DNA from: a virus
Lineage: Duplodnaviria > Caudoviricetes
IMG/VR virus record: IMGVR_UViG_2898902220_000006
Location: 1 to 64,000 of that record
Direction: 5' to 3' (one strand)
DNA length: 64,000 nt
Shown: piece after piece, positions 29,515-40,181 of the stretch
Layout of the letters: each line of letters starts with the position of its first letter
How positions within the stretch are numbered: the first letter of the stretch is position 1
Translations under genes and position numbers: made by a program
Notes under the pieces: generated by a model
What the model saw: only the letters and a program-made list of their open reading frames with translations
Told to the model about the DNA's origin: nothing
Database searches by the model: none

Positions 29515-30423
29515 TTGACTACTCAACTACAAGAAGCAAATACAAACGTAGTTATCGGCAATTTCACGCAAAGGGAACTAGATACACTCAAAGCGACTGT
29601 TGCGAAAGGAACAACTAATGAACAATTCTCCTTGTTCGTTCAAACGTGCGTAAGTTCTGGATTAAACCCTTTTCTTAATCAAATATATTGCATCGTTTAT
29701 AGAGGGCGTGACGGGGCAGTAATGAGTATGCAAATTGCTGTTGAGGGTATTGTTTCCCTAGCTAAAAGAAACCCACATTACAAGGGCTTTATAGCTTCTG
29801 AGGTTAAAGAACAAGATGAGTTTGAAATTAACGTAGCGGCAGGAGAAGTAACACACAAAATCACAGCCATGCAACGTGGTAAAACGATCGGGGCCTATTG
29901 CGTAGCTTACCGTGAGGGGGCGCCGAACGTTGCGGTTGTAATAACCATAGACCAAATCGAACATTTAATTAAAGGTCGCAATAAAGATATGTGGCGCGAT
30001 TACTTTGACGACATGATCGTAAAGCATGCAATGAAACGAGCGTTCAAACGTCAATTCGGGATCGAAATTGCTGAAACTGAAAATGTTCCTTCTGAAACCT
30101 CTATCGAGAACATGCCCGAATATGAACCTACACAACGCGAAGTTGTGGTTGAGGTGAACGGTGAAGAAGTTAGAAATAAGAGTGAAAATGTACCTTCCTC
30201 TAATGCCGAAGATGAAGAAAGTCATATTAAGCGGATCAAGAAGGAATTAAAACATAAGTTTGAAGTGTTAGGTATTAGCGGAAAAGAAGAAATAAACGCA
30301 TATATGCAACAGCATTGCCCAATCAAAGGAAATGCCCCTACTCTAGCAGAGCTAACGGGCCTACTAAAAATCATGGATAAGCACATTGCTGAAATGAACA
30401 GCAACGATGATGAACTGGAATAG
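29515..30423 (+). CDS. recT: RecT/Bet-family single-strand annealing protein
   Basis: GLNPFLNQIY...IAVEG...GAYC...MIVKHAMKRAFK. Confidence 0.88.
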   Translation: MTTQLQEANTNVVIGNFTQRELDTLKATVAKGTTNEQFSLFVQTCVSSGLNPFLNQIYCIVYRGRDGAVMSMQIAVEGIVSLAKRNPHYKGFIASEVKEQDEFEINVAAGEVTHKITAMQRGKTIGAYCVAYREGAPNVAVVITIDQIEHLIKGRNKDMWRDYFDDMIVKHAMKRAFKRQFGIEIAETENVPSETSIENMPEYEPTQREVVVEVNGEEVRNKSENVPSSNAEDEESHIKRIKKELKHKFEVLGISGKEEINAYMQQHCPIKGNAPTLAELTGLLKIMDKHIAEMNSNDDELE

Positions 30424-30432
30424 GAGAAATCA

Positions 30433-31188
30433 ATGAAAGTCAAAATCCTTGCATCCGGTTCAAATGGAAACTGCATAGCGATTCAATACGGTGATAAATG
30501 CATTCTTATTGATGCCGGAGTTGCCAAAACAAAGATAGAAAAGGCTCTACTAGAACAGGGCATCTACCCTACTAATGTACAAGCCATATTCATTACACAC
30601 GCACATGGGGATCATGTAAAAGGTTTGCCATTTGCGAACAAGTACAAAATTCCAGTGTTCGCCACTTATGGCGAATGGAGAAGTATATCAAAAGTGGATA
30701 TGGAGCTACAAAAACCAATAGAAACGATCTATGGGGCATACCAAGTAATTAATATACATGGGGCGAGTGTTTGCCCCTTCCCTACTCATCACGATGCATA
30801 CGAGCCTGTAGGGTTCTCAATCATACATGACCAGATGAAAGTTAGTGTGTGCTTGGATACTGGCAAGGTGGATAAGGAAATGTTAGAAGCTATGAGAGAT
30901 TCAGACATTTACATTATTGAGTCGAATCATGAACCAGAAATGGTTGAAGTAGGTCAATATCCTAGCAACGTAAAAGAACGTATCTTGTCAGACAATGGAC
31001 ATTTAAGCAACGAGCAAACAGCGAGGGCATTACAGCGATTAGTACAGGGGAATGGTGAACATATCTATCTGGTGCATTTATCTAGTAAAAATAATTTGCC
31101 GTCTCTAGCAGAGCTAACAGTAAAACAATTTTTGAAGCAAAAGGGCCTAGTAATAGGAGAACAATATAAAGTAGAGGTGATTTCATGA
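30433..31188 (+). CDS. Metallo-beta-lactamase-fold nuclease (YycJ-like)
   Basis: [28 protein letters not shown]. Confidence 0.92.
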   Translation: MKVKILASGSNGNCIAIQYGDKCILIDAGVAKTKIEKALLEQGIYPTNVQAIFITHAHGDHVKGLPFANKYKIPVFATYGEWRSISKVDMELQKPIETIYGAYQVINIHGASVCPFPTHHDAYEPVGFSIIHDQMKVSVCLDTGKVDKEMLEAMRDSDIYIIESNHEPEMVEVGQYPSNVKERILSDNGHLSNEQTARALQRLVQGNGEHIYLVHLSSKNNLPSLAELTVKQFLKQKGLVIGEQYKVEVIS

Positions 31189-31601
31189 ATAAGGTATTTC
31201 TTATTGGACGACTTACTAAAGACCCTGAGTTGAGATATACGTCCAATGGTGTTGCAGTAGCTACATTTACCCTAGCCATTGATCGGAATTTTACTGGTAC
31301 TGATGGGCGGAAAGAAGCGGATTTCATTGGGATTGTGGCTTGGAAGCAACTAGCCGATCTATGCGCTAACTATCTGGCTAAAGGTAGACAATGCGCCATT
31401 GACGGACGAATACAGACTAGAAGCTATGACAACAAGGAAGGCAAGAGAGTTTATGTCACGGAGATTGTAGCAGAGCATGTGCAGTTTTTAGGGGGAAGCA
31501 AAGGCGAACAAGATAGACAGGGAACCGCAGCGCAACCAAGCGATCCATTTTATAGCCCAGGTCAGAAAGTTCAAATAAAAGATGAAGATTTACCGTTCTA
31601 A
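31185..31601 (+). CDS. ssb: Single-stranded DNA-binding protein
   Basis: [19 protein letters not shown]...DEDLPF. Confidence 0.96.
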   Translation: MNKVFLIGRLTKDPELRYTSNGVAVATFTLAIDRNFTGTDGRKEADFIGIVAWKQLADLCANYLAKGRQCAIDGRIQTRSYDNKEGKRVYVTEIVAEHVQFLGGSKGEQDRQGTAAQPSDPFYSPGQKVQIKDEDLPF

Positions 31602-31626
31602 TAAAAATTATGGGAGATGTTTATAT

Positions 31627-32103
31627 ATGAGAATTCCGATAGATTGTAGAGCATTACAAAGTGAAATCAATAGACTTTCTGACAAGGTAAAAACTCTTAC
31701 ACAGGAAAAAGAATTGCTACAAGGTGAGATTAACAACCTAACTCTTTCTAAAAAATTAAAATTGCCACGCGAGGTTGCAGAAGCGATTGAGCAGGAGTTC
31801 GGGAAAGCATCAAATGATAAAAAACAATGGGGATTTTTCAACATCGTTGTTTGCCGACCAATAAGCTTAAATCACAATGCACGGATCATAAAAAGTTATT
31901 TTCATCCTGATAAATATATCGACCTTGCAACTGCTCTAGTAGCAGGCTATACGATCGAAGAAACCAAGGAAGAACGGATAAAACGTGGGATACAAGCAAT
32001 TTATAACCAATGGACTAGAGAACCATCTATCAATGATGAAGAAGACGGAAAGGACTTAGGTCAACGAGTCTATACTCTGGTAAAAAGGGAATTGAATCTA
32101 TAA
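31627..32103 (+). CDS. Phage hypothetical protein (DUF1642-like core)
   Basis: KLPREVAEAIE...LATALVAGYTIE. Confidence 0.7.
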   Translation: MRIPIDCRALQSEINRLSDKVKTLTQEKELLQGEINNLTLSKKLKLPREVAEAIEQEFGKASNDKKQWGFFNIVVCRPISLNHNARIIKSYFHPDKYIDLATALVAGYTIEETKEERIKRGIQAIYNQWTREPSINDEEDGKDLGQRVYTLVKRELNL

Positions 32104-32115
32104 GTTGGTGGTTTA

Positions 32116-32895
32116 ATGTCTACCCAATTAGAAGATGGTTTTACAAGAATTGCAAATAAAATACTTGAAGATATTAGTAAGATCAGTTTGAACGGCACTC
32201 AATTTAGAATTGTTCTCACGGTGTGGAGATTTACCTACGGCTTTCAGAGAAAGGAACACGAGTTATCAATAGCTTTCTTAGTGAAATCTACAGAAATTGC
32301 TAGGGGACAGATTGACCGTGAGCTTACCGCACTGATTGAACGCAAAATATTAACAGTCGTTCGAACTGGTCGAAGGGGGTCAAGAGTGATTATGTTTAAC
32401 AAAAATCGTGAGGAATGGAATGACCGTCCTCCAATCCGAGGACTGTCCTCTAAAACGAGGACGGAACTGTCCGCTAATTCGAGGACACTACTGTCCTCTA
32501 AAACGAGGAACAAGAAAGAAAGTATTAAAGAAAAAGATAAAGATAATATGTCGTGTTATGAAGAAATCATTTCTTATCTTAACGAAAAAGCTGGTAAAAG
32601 ATTTTCTCATAAATCACCTGCAAATAGAAAATTAATCAATGGCAGACTAGCTGAAGATCGTACAATTGATGATTTTAAATATGTGATTGATGTTAAGTGC
32701 AATCATTGGCTAGGTAATCCAGAAATGGAGGACTATTTACGACCAGCTACTTTGTTTGCCCAAAAGAACTTTGAAAACTATTTAAACCAGAAGGTAAAAC
32801 AACAAGTCGTTAAACAAGACCCTCGAGACAAAGAAACGGATTTCCAAAGATGGGTACAAGGAGGTAATGATCCTGATGAATTTGATTGGTCATGA
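32116..32895 (+). CDS. Replication initiator (lambda O-like N-terminus)
   Basis: QLEDGFTRIAN...WRFTYGF; EIISYLNEKAGK...YLRPATLF...FENYLNQ. Confidence 0.9.
   Translation: MSTQLEDGFTRIANKILEDISKISLNGTQFRIVLTVWRFTYGFQRKEHELSIAFLVKSTEIARGQIDRELTALIERKILTVVRTGRRGSRVIMFNKNREEWNDRPPIRGLSSKTRTELSANSRTLLSSKTRNKKESIKEKDKDNMSCYEEIISYLNEKAGKRFSHKSPANRKLINGRLAEDRTIDDFKYVIDVKCNHWLGNPEMEDYLRPATLFAQKNFENYLNQKVKQQVVKQDPRDKETDFQRWVQGGNDPDEFDWS
32423..32509 (+). repeat. Iteron-like 20-bp repeats in the initiator gene (probable origin)
   Basis: ACTGTCCTCTAAAACGAGGA at 32442 and 32490, variant at 32466 (24-bp period), degenerate copy at 32423. Confidence 0.75.
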
Positions 32896-34207
32896 TACTA
32901 ATATCGACATGATGGCGGAACAAAGTGTACTGGGTGCTGTGCTGTTAAAGCAAAGTGTTTTAGATAAAATAACTTTCCTAGAACCCCGGGATTTTTCAAT
33001 AGACAGCCACCAAAAACTATTTGAAGTTATGCGGTATATGGATTCAAACAGTATTCCAATTGATATCGTGACTGTCACAACTGAATATCTCAATTTAAAT
33101 AGACTAGCAGACCCTAGCTTTGTAACGTATATCACAGAGCTTGCAGGGGCTTGCCCTACTGCTTCAAACGTAAAACACTACGCAAAGCTCCTTAAATCAA
33201 AATCGATCCGTAGAAGAGGTACAGAAGCATTGTATGAGGCTTCCAAACTTTCGGAAAAAAACTTTGAATCGGATGAAGAATACTACTCAGCAATAGAGGC
33301 GGCAGTTTCTAACCTTAGACCAAGTAATACAGGTAAGATGCAACATGTAAAAGATTTTCGAGATGAATATTTTGAGCATTTGAACAAGGAACCTGACTCT
33401 TTGAAAACTGGATTCATAGGATTTGATGATTGGGCAGGCGGTGTACGTAGAGGATGGTTGTACGTTCTTGCAGGTCGACCGTCCGCAGGTAAAACAGCTA
33501 AGTTGTTACAGATGTTGCAGAACATAGCGGAACAGAAAAAAGGTGCTGTTTTTCTTTGGTCGCAAGAAATGGGACGTACTCAAATTATGGACAGGCTAGT
33601 TTCAAGTACATGTGAAATTAACTTCAAACGTTTCATAAGCAAAAAGTTTGAACCGGGTGATATAGAGAAAATAAATCTAGCTTACAATTACCTAGAAAAA
33701 CTACCAATTTACGTAGAAGATAGTTCGGGTGTAACGATCGACGAAGTGCATTCAATCGCTAAGAATTTTGTTAGAAAAGGCGGTAAGCTTGCGGCTGTTG
33801 CGGTTGATTACCTTCAAATCATGTCCATTCCTCAGAAAAATGGCGAACGTAGAGATCAAGCAATTGGACGTGTGACGACAACGGCAAAACGGATAGCAAG
33901 GGAGCTAGATTGTTGCTTTATCATGCTATCGCAAATGACAAGGGACTCTGAAAATGCCGCCAAGCCGCAACTATCGCATTTGAAAGAATCTAGCAGTATT
34001 GAGCAAGATGCTGACGTTGTAGAGTTCCTATGGCACGATTCAAATGATGTAGACACGGGCGGTAAGGTCATACAGTCATTCATCGCAAAAGGACGGGATA
34101 CGGGCATAAACGACTTTAGACTCTTGTTCAAAGGATGGATTCAGCGGTTCTCATGGCTTCCTAACTTAACAGGGGGCGGAAATCATGGAAAGAAAAATAA
34201 AAAATGA
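32867..34207 (+). CDS. dnaB: Replicative DNA helicase, DnaB family
   Basis: AEQSVLGA, AGRPSAGKT, VDYLQ, LSQMTR, LKESSSIEQDADVV. Confidence 0.95.
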   Translation: MILMNLIGHDTNIDMMAEQSVLGAVLLKQSVLDKITFLEPRDFSIDSHQKLFEVMRYMDSNSIPIDIVTVTTEYLNLNRLADPSFVTYITELAGACPTASNVKHYAKLLKSKSIRRRGTEALYEASKLSEKNFESDEEYYSAIEAAVSNLRPSNTGKMQHVKDFRDEYFEHLNKEPDSLKTGFIGFDDWAGGVRRGWLYVLAGRPSAGKTAKLLQMLQNIAEQKKGAVFLWSQEMGRTQIMDRLVSSTCEINFKRFISKKFEPGDIEKINLAYNYLEKLPIYVEDSSGVTIDEVHSIAKNFVRKGGKLAAVAVDYLQIMSIPQKNGERRDQAIGRVTTTAKRIARELDCCFIMLSQMTRDSENAAKPQLSHLKESSSIEQDADVVEFLWHDSNDVDTGGKVIQSFIAKGRDTGINDFRLLFKGWIQRFSWLPNLTGGGNHGKKNKK

Positions 34208-34421
34208 TGAGCAGTTTATGAAATCAGTAGAATGGCTAGTAGAAAAAGCGTATCAAATAGAACACCCCCTAATGGATGAGAAGACAAAAGTCGAGCTGAT
34301 TGCCAAGTACGACTATGTAAGTGAGAGGGTTATCGAATATCGGAAACGCGACCTAGATAAGCTGCTTTATCCAACAGAGAAAGTACAGAAAGTGAATTTA
34401 TCCGATTGGTTAAATGAATAG
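34185..34421 (+). CDS. Phage hypothetical protein
   Basis: RBS GGGGGCGG; coupled to helicase stop. Confidence 0.7.
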   Translation: MERKIKNDEQFMKSVEWLVEKAYQIEHPLMDEKTKVELIAKYDYVSERVIEYRKRDLDKLLYPTEKVQKVNLSDWLNE

Positions 34422-34431
34422 GAGGAATAAC

Positions 34432-34596
34432 GTGTCTGTAAGTTCCAAAAAGGCCCATAAACCTAGAAAAAATCATCCGTGGCGAAATGATTTAATGATT
34501 CACAAAAAAGTAAGTGACTTTGTTACTCTTTCAAATTCAGTTGGCAGAACGAATATAAATGCTATAGGTGGCGGTAGACCATCTTATATGAAATAA
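34432..34596 (+). CDS. Small basic hypothetical protein
   Basis: GTG after AGGAGG; ends IGGGRPSYMK, similar to the end of 53047-53202. Confidence 0.55.
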   Translation: MSVSSKKAHKPRKNHPWRNDLMIHKKVSDFVTLSNSVGRTNINAIGGGRPSYMK

Positions 34597-34678
34597 GAGA
34601 TAGCCACTAATAAGGGCGTAGCTAAAAAAAATGTTCAATAATATTTGAACTATAATACAAAATATAGGAGATAAGATA

Positions 34679-35206
34679 ATGAGATTTGTTGGAATTGACC
34701 CATCAACAAAGACCGGATTAGTTGCTTTAGATGAGCAAGGAAAAGTATTACGAGCCAAGGAGATTACTGGGGCTGGAAGTAAAGACCCTTACCGTATGCG
34801 TACCATGATTGAAGATGTAATGTGCCACATTCACCCGTGCGACTTGATCTGCATAGAGGGATTCGGGTACGCCTCACAGCAAGCCGTACAGAACGGTGGG
34901 ATTGGTTGGGGAATCCGAATGGCACTTGATAAACATGGAATTGACTATAAAGACGTAGCTCCTAATACCGTCAAAAGTTTTGTCGGCGTTACGGGATGGA
35001 CTGGAGAAAAAGGCAGTAAAGTCCGTTTGCAAGGTAAGGCAAAAAAAGATGCGGTTGCTGTAGCTGTCGAGGAAATGTTCGGATATAGTCATGCAAGTGA
35101 TAACGTCATTGACGCTTATGTATTAGCCAGAATTGCCCTTCATCAATATCGGGAGTCCGTAAGAAAGTACAACCTACGCCTTTTAAATAAAAAATATACC
35201 AACTAA
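34679..35206 (+). CDS. RuvC-like Holliday junction resolvase
   Basis: VGIDPSTKTG, ICIEG, PNTVKSF, NVIDAYVL. Confidence 0.88.
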   Translation: MRFVGIDPSTKTGLVALDEQGKVLRAKEITGAGSKDPYRMRTMIEDVMCHIHPCDLICIEGFGYASQQAVQNGGIGWGIRMALDKHGIDYKDVAPNTVKSFVGVTGWTGEKGSKVRLQGKAKKDAVAVAVEEMFGYSHASDNVIDAYVLARIALHQYRESVRKYNLRLLNKKYTN

Positions 35207-35220
35207 GGAGAGAACAATAT

Positions 35221-35631
35221 ATGAAAACATTAGTTAAAGCTACATTCCTTGATTTTAATGCAGGTTCAAAAAAGGACATTTTGAAATTTGAGATTAAAGG
35301 CGATCTTACAGATGCACAAATTGTCAATTTGCATAAATTAAAAGGCAATATTGTGTTCCTGAATATTTCAAGCGACCAGCTCGATATTTACGATTACGAC
35401 AGTGAATCAAACGTACATGAAGGCATTTGGTACAACGTAGAATCAGGCGGAAATGTTGAGGTAACAGAAGATCAATTGACCATTGAAGACGTTCCTACTC
35501 CAGTAGATGAGTTTAACAAGGCAAAAGAAGCTCATGACAATGAAGAAAAGGAACCGCTAGAAGAGACGGAACAAGAAGAATCTAACGTAGATTCTACAAA
35601 TAATGAAAATGACGATGATTTACCATTCTAA
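35221..35631 (+). CDS. Phage hypothetical protein with SSB-like acidic tail (DDDLPF)
   Basis: RBS AAGGAG; acidic C-terminus. Confidence 0.7.
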   Translation: MKTLVKATFLDFNAGSKKDILKFEIKGDLTDAQIVNLHKLKGNIVFLNISSDQLDIYDYDSESNVHEGIWYNVESGGNVEVTEDQLTIEDVPTPVDEFNKAKEAHDNEEKEPLEETEQEESNVDSTNNENDDDLPF

Positions 35632-35697
35632 ATTGTTCATGGCCCCTGCTACTAACAGGGGCAAAATCTTTCAATCCAGGTATTAAGGGGAGATACG

Positions 35698-36153
35698 ATG
35701 CAGATGAGCTTTTTTGCAGAAATAGACCAGAAAGAAACTCATAGGGCTGTAGAGTCTGCATTTGAACAATATCGGTTAAATAAATATTTGATGTTTGAAG
35801 AGCGAGAAGCAAGTACAACAGCGGGATATACAGAAAGGTTTCATGGGCCAACGAATGTAACCAGCGATCAAACTGCTTCTATAGCAATACACAATGTTGA
35901 TACTCTGAACGCAAGAAAGGCTTATTGTAGTTTAGTGGAACGTGCAGTAAATAACTTGCCACGTAAGGAACGTTATTTAATAGAAGAAAGGTACATGTGT
36001 AGAGAAGCAGAGTATATCACTGACTACAATGTATATAATTTTAAGTTTGATCCACCCATTAGTAAGGACACCTACAGAAAAATTCGAAAGAAAGCATTTC
36101 GCAAACTAGCTATGGTATTAAATATCCAAGTCGAAAAAAGTTCTTCATTATAA
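35698..36153 (+). CDS. ArpU-family transcriptional activator
   Basis: IDQKETHRAVE...VERAVNNLPRKERYLIEERY...YRKIRKKAFRKLA. Confidence 0.9.
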   Translation: MQMSFFAEIDQKETHRAVESAFEQYRLNKYLMFEEREASTTAGYTERFHGPTNVTSDQTASIAIHNVDTLNARKAYCSLVERAVNNLPRKERYLIEERYMCREAEYITDYNVYNFKFDPPISKDTYRKIRKKAFRKLAMVLNIQVEKSSSL

Positions 36154-36212
36154 CGGTTAAGTCTAGAAGGCGATTTGAATAAAATATACAACTAGAAAAA
36201 AGGGGGAGTTAG

Positions 36213-36416
36213 ATGCATTCTGTTAAGTCAGAAAATCCAGCAGTTTTAAAAGACATTAGAGAACGGGTTACGCTATGGATTGATGGTAAACATGGCAGAA
36301 TTGGCATTATAGCCCCTAAAGAAAAACCAACACGCAAAGAATGGATTGAACTACATAGGGAAATAGCAAGCATAATAGTTCAATCAGCCAAGAGAAAAAA
36401 TGAGGCCTCCGAATAG
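36213..36416 (+). CDS. Hypothetical protein, last gene of prophage A
   Basis: RBS GGGGGAG; followed by terminator. Confidence 0.65.
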   Translation: MHSVKSENPAVLKDIRERVTLWIDGKHGRIGIIAPKEKPTRKEWIELHREIASIIVQSAKRKNEASE

Positions 36417-36432
36417 GGGCCTCTTCTTTTTT
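36402..36432 (+). terminator. Intrinsic terminator at right end of prophage A
   Basis: GAGGCCTCC-gaata-GGGGCCTC followed by TTCTTTTTT. Confidence 0.75.
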
Positions 36433-36485
36433 GTTCAGTATATTTATATCGCAAGAAATGCATGACTATAGGATTTTTATTTTAG

Positions 36486-37541
36486 GTGTATGAGATAATA
36501 ACGGATGAGCTTATAATTGCTCATACAAACGAAACGGAATACAAAACCTTTATCGGAAATAAAAAGAATGAAGCATTACAGTCTAGAATGATTGTCATGC
36601 CAGTTCCTTACAATCTGCGGGTAGCAGAAGAAGAAAAGATTTATGATAAATTAATTAAGCAATCTGATTTAGGCCATGTTCATATTGCTCCACATGCGCT
36701 ATATACGGCGGCCATTTTTTCTATTTTAACCCGTTTAAAAGAGTCCAAGAAACAAGGCGCTGATCTATTAAAGAAATTACGTTTGTATAATGGTGAATCG
36801 GTTGAAGGCTTCAAAGGCTCTGACATCGAGGAATTACGTAATGAGCATGTGGATGAGGGAATGTCTGGAATTGATCCTCGTTATGTCATAAACCGGATTT
36901 CCAGTGCACTCATTCGTCGTGATACTGAGTCTATTAATGCCTTGGATATTTTGCGGGCATTAAAAGAAGGGCTCGATCAGCATGCTTCCATTAGCAAGGA
37001 ACAGCGAGAGCGTTACTTAAATTTCATCTCTATCGCACGTAAAGAGTACGATGAGATTGCGAAAAAAGAAGTTCAGAAGGCTTTTGTGTACAGCTATGAG
37101 GAATCAGCTAAAACCATGATGGATAATTATCTGGATAATGTTGAGGCGTATTGCAACTCTAACCGCTTACGTGATCCAGTAACAGGTGAAGAATTGGAAC
37201 CAGATGAACGTCTCATGCGGTCTATTGAAGAGCAGATTGGTATTTCCGAAAATGCCAAACGTGCATTCCGTGAAGAGATTCTTATTCGAATATCAGCTTA
37301 TGCGCGTAAAGGTAAACGTTTTGACTACAACACGCATGATCGTCTGCGGGAAGCGATTGAGAAAAAATTATTTGCAGATTTAAAAGATGTGGTTAAAATA
37401 ACAACCTCCACGAAAACACCAGATGAGCATCAATTGAAGAAAGTGAATGAAGTGACACGTCGTTTGGTTGAAGAACACGGATATACGCCAATTTCAGCAA
37501 ATGAACTGCTGCGTTATGTGGGTAGTTTGCTGAATCGATAG
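36486..37541 (+). pseudogene. prkA: 3' half of PrkA/YeaG-family ATPase/Ser kinase, split by prophage A
   Basis: DELIIAHTNETEY...NEALQSRMIVMPVPYNL...GMSGIDPRYV...VGSLLNR; N-terminal Walker A half absent. Confidence 0.92.
36487..36527. other. Candidate att junction of prophage A within prkA
   Basis: TGTATGAG/CTCATACA 8-bp inverted repeat centred near 36507, inner ATGAGC-N8-GCTCAT; PrkA similarity begins at GAT GAG (D-E-L-I). Confidence 0.6.
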
Positions 37542-37549
37542 GAGGGGGA

Positions 37550-38614
37550 ATGATGAACGACTCCTCGTTTATCGTCTCCAAAGAAGACTGGTCTCTGCAT
37601 CGCAAAGGTCATCAGGACCAGAGCAGACATCAGGAAAAGGTAAAAGAGGCGATCAAGAAAAACCTGTCTGATTTAGTAAGTGAAGAAAACATCATTATGT
37701 CTAATGGGCGAGAAATTATTAAAATACCAATCAGATCGCTGGATGAGTATCGCTTCCGTTACAATTTTAATAAAGGCCAGCATACAGGCCAAGGTCAAGG
37801 GAATTCCAAGATAGGAGATGTGGTAGCTAAAGACGGTGAACCGGCTGATGCTACTGCGGGCCAAGGTCAAGGAGCTGGCGATCAACCTGGTAACGATTAT
37901 TATGAAGCGGAGATTACAGTAGAAGAGTTGCAGGAAATGCTGTTTGCTGAGTTGGAGTTGCCTAATCTCCAAACGAAAGACGAACAGAAAATTACCATAG
38001 AAGATATTCAGTTTAATGATGTTCGGAAAAAAGGTTTAATGGGTAACATTGATAAAAAGCGTACCTTGATGTCTGCAATTCGCCGAAATGCACTAGCTGG
38101 GTATGACGATCTGGAGCTAGGTATCTCTATGGATGACTTGCGATTTAAAACATGGGAAGAGATTGTGAAGCCACATTCCAATGCCGTAATTTTGGCAATG
38201 ATGGATACGAGTGGATCTATGGGAGTTTTTGAAAAATACGTAGCCCGCAGCTTTTTCTTTTGGATGCTTCGCTTTTTGCGTACCAAGTATGAAAAGGTGG
38301 AGATCGCCTTCATCGCGCATCATACGGAAGCGAAGGAAGTGACGGAGGATGCGTTCTTTTCTAAAGGAGAGAGCGGCGGAACCATCTGCTCATCTGCCTA
38401 TCGAAAAGCTTTGGAAATTATCGACGCACGATATCCGGTAAGCCAATACAATATTTATCCGTTTCATTTTTCCGATGGGGATAACCTGACTTCGGATAAT
38501 GAACGGTGCGTGAAATTGGTGAAAGAATTGATGGAGAGGTCTAATATGTTTGGGTATGGTGAAGTGAATCAGTATAACTCACTGTTGTATACACAAAACG
38601 GTTCCACTATGTAG
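37550..38614 (+). pseudogene. yhbH: Sporulation protein YhbH (YeaH/DUF444), C-terminus replaced at prophage B junction
   Basis: [15 protein letters not shown]...MMDTSGSM...SGGTICSS...HFSDGDN...YGEVNQYN, then unrelated [11 protein letters not shown]. Confidence 0.92.
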
Positions 38615-38622
38615 GGAACCGT
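38564..38622. other. Candidate att junction of prophage B plus adjacent hairpin
   Basis: YhbH similarity ends at CAGTATAAC (38570-38578); ACGGTTCC/GGAACCGT hairpin at 38598-38622 spans the recombinase stop. Confidence 0.6.
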
Positions 38623-40181
38623 AAGATAATTTCAATTTCAAATTGCTCTGGTTTCTTCCACTCTTTCTTGCGAATATAGATTACCTTCTCAATAATGGTT
38701 TTGAGGAGGTTATTTTTTTGCTCTGGATCATCTAAGGATTTGTAAGCTTGAATAACCTTGTGAATTTTAGGGATAACCTGAGCTTGCATTTTAAGTCGGC
38801 TTTTCAATTGATTGATTTCGTTCTGAGACTTTTCTATTTCTGCCTCAAGTTGTTTTATCTTATCAGAGATGGTTTTATGTCGTTGTAAGAATAACTCTTC
38901 TGTATAAATTTTTCTTTCTAACATTTCGAATGTTGTTTCTCTCATACTGTGTTGCTCTTTCAATTCGGTAGTAGCTTTTTGAATATAATTAGTTAGTGCT
39001 GACATACGTTCTTCATTCTTATCTTTTCGTTTATTACGACTACTCAGTTCTGTTTGTGTCATTTCTTTTTGTTCCACTAACTCTTCTAAGCCAGCTATGA
39101 TTTTTTCTTCAACCAAGTAAGTTACAATACCTTTCTGTATTGTCTTACATGCAACATTGGTACATCTTATTTGGGGATTAGGTCTTTCAGGATTAACAAG
39201 CTGTGCTAATGTGCGCCCGCATACTCCACATCTTGCGATACCAGCAAGAGGATTAGATACAGATGAGCCTTCTTTTCTAGAGACTCGAAAACGCCCTGTG
39301 TGAGCTTCATTAGCTTTAATAAATAATTCCTGACTAACTATTGGTTCATGCGCATTGTCATGTCTAGTCCATAATTCTGGGGGGAGTCTTTTAGTGACTC
39401 TTTTTCCGTTACGTTTCGTATGTTTCTTCCTGCCCCATACAATGTGACCGATATAGACTTCATTTTTAACTAAATAACTTATGGTAGAGTGTTCCCAGAT
39501 ATCTCTTTTCGAGGGAGCCTTATACCCTGCCTGCATAAGATACTCTATGACTTTAAAACGTCCATATCCTTCAGCCAGTAGCTCGAAGATTTTTTTAACA
39601 ACTGGAGCTTCTTCGGGATGAGGATAGAGCTTTAGGTTTTCGTCTCTTAAATATCCATAAGGGGGGGTTTTAGCGATATGTCGACCATCTTTTACTGCAC
39701 GCCGCCGACCACCTTGCAAACGCTTATTAATCTGTTTTAACTCTTCACGAGCGATGATAGACTTCACACCAAACAATAGTTCTGCACCTTCGGCGTTGCA
39801 GTCGATCACTTCTGAGGGGGTAATAATCAGTGTTTCAGAATATTTAAAAGCTCTGAATATCGTTCCTGCATCGATCATATCTCCACGCCCAAGACGATCT
39901 AAGTCCATCACTATTACGCCATCGCATTCTCCATCTTCAACGTTACGCAGCATCTCTTGTGCTTCTGGTCTTTCCGATAGAAACTCACCTGATACAATTT
40001 CCTCAAAGATTTTTATAACATTATGCTGCTCTCTTCGTACAAGCTCCATTAGCTCACGTTTGTGCTTATCAAGAGTATCGAAGGGGATGCCAGTTTCAAG
40101 GGCCTTTTTTTCTTCTTCGATGTCTTTTCGGCTTTTGCGTAGATGGATAATCACGTCAAGGTTTGTAGGTCTACTCATCAA
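38607..40181 (-). CDS. Large serine recombinase (integrase); ATG at 40178
   Basis: IIHLRKSR catalytic Ser, SGE...[26 protein letters not shown] zinc ribbon, coiled coil. Confidence 0.96.
   Translation of the reverse strand: MMSRPTNLDVIIHLRKSRKDIEEEKKALETGIPFDTLDKHKRELMELVRREQHNVIKIFEEIVSGEFLSERPEAQEMLRNVEDGECDGVIVMDLDRLGRGDMIDAGTIFRAFKYSETLIITPSEVIDCNAEGAELLFGVKSIIAREELKQINKRLQGGRRRAVKDGRHIAKTPPYGYLRDENLKLYPHPEEAPVVKKIFELLAEGYGRFKVIEYLMQAGYKAPSKRDIWEHSTISYLVKNEVYIGHIVWGRKKHTKRNGKRVTKRLPPELWTRHDNAHEPIVSQELFIKANEAHTGRFRVSRKEGSSVSNPLAGIARCGVCGRTLAQLVNPERPNPQIRCTNVACKTIQKGIVTYLVEEKIIAGLEELVEQKEMTQTELSSRNKRKDKNEERMSALTNYIQKATTELKEQHSMRETTFEMLERKIYTEELFLQRHKTISDKIKQLEAEIEKSQNEINQLKSRLKMQAQVIPKIHKVIQAYKSLDDPEQKNNLLKTIIEKVIYIRKKEWKKPEQFEIEIILRFPT

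Larger units (their letters stand above)
1..36505 (+). mobile_element. Prophage A (temperate, HK97-type head, contractile tail); left end outside window, right end inside prkA
   Basis: Contiguous packaging, head, tail, lysis, immunity, replication and ArpU genes; host prkA homology starts abruptly at about 36504. Confidence 0.93.

Noticed and set aside
34643-34660. GTTCAATAATATTTGAAC as a prophage B operator inside prophage A
   Set aside because: The spacing is 3 bp longer than the B operators, so probably coincidental
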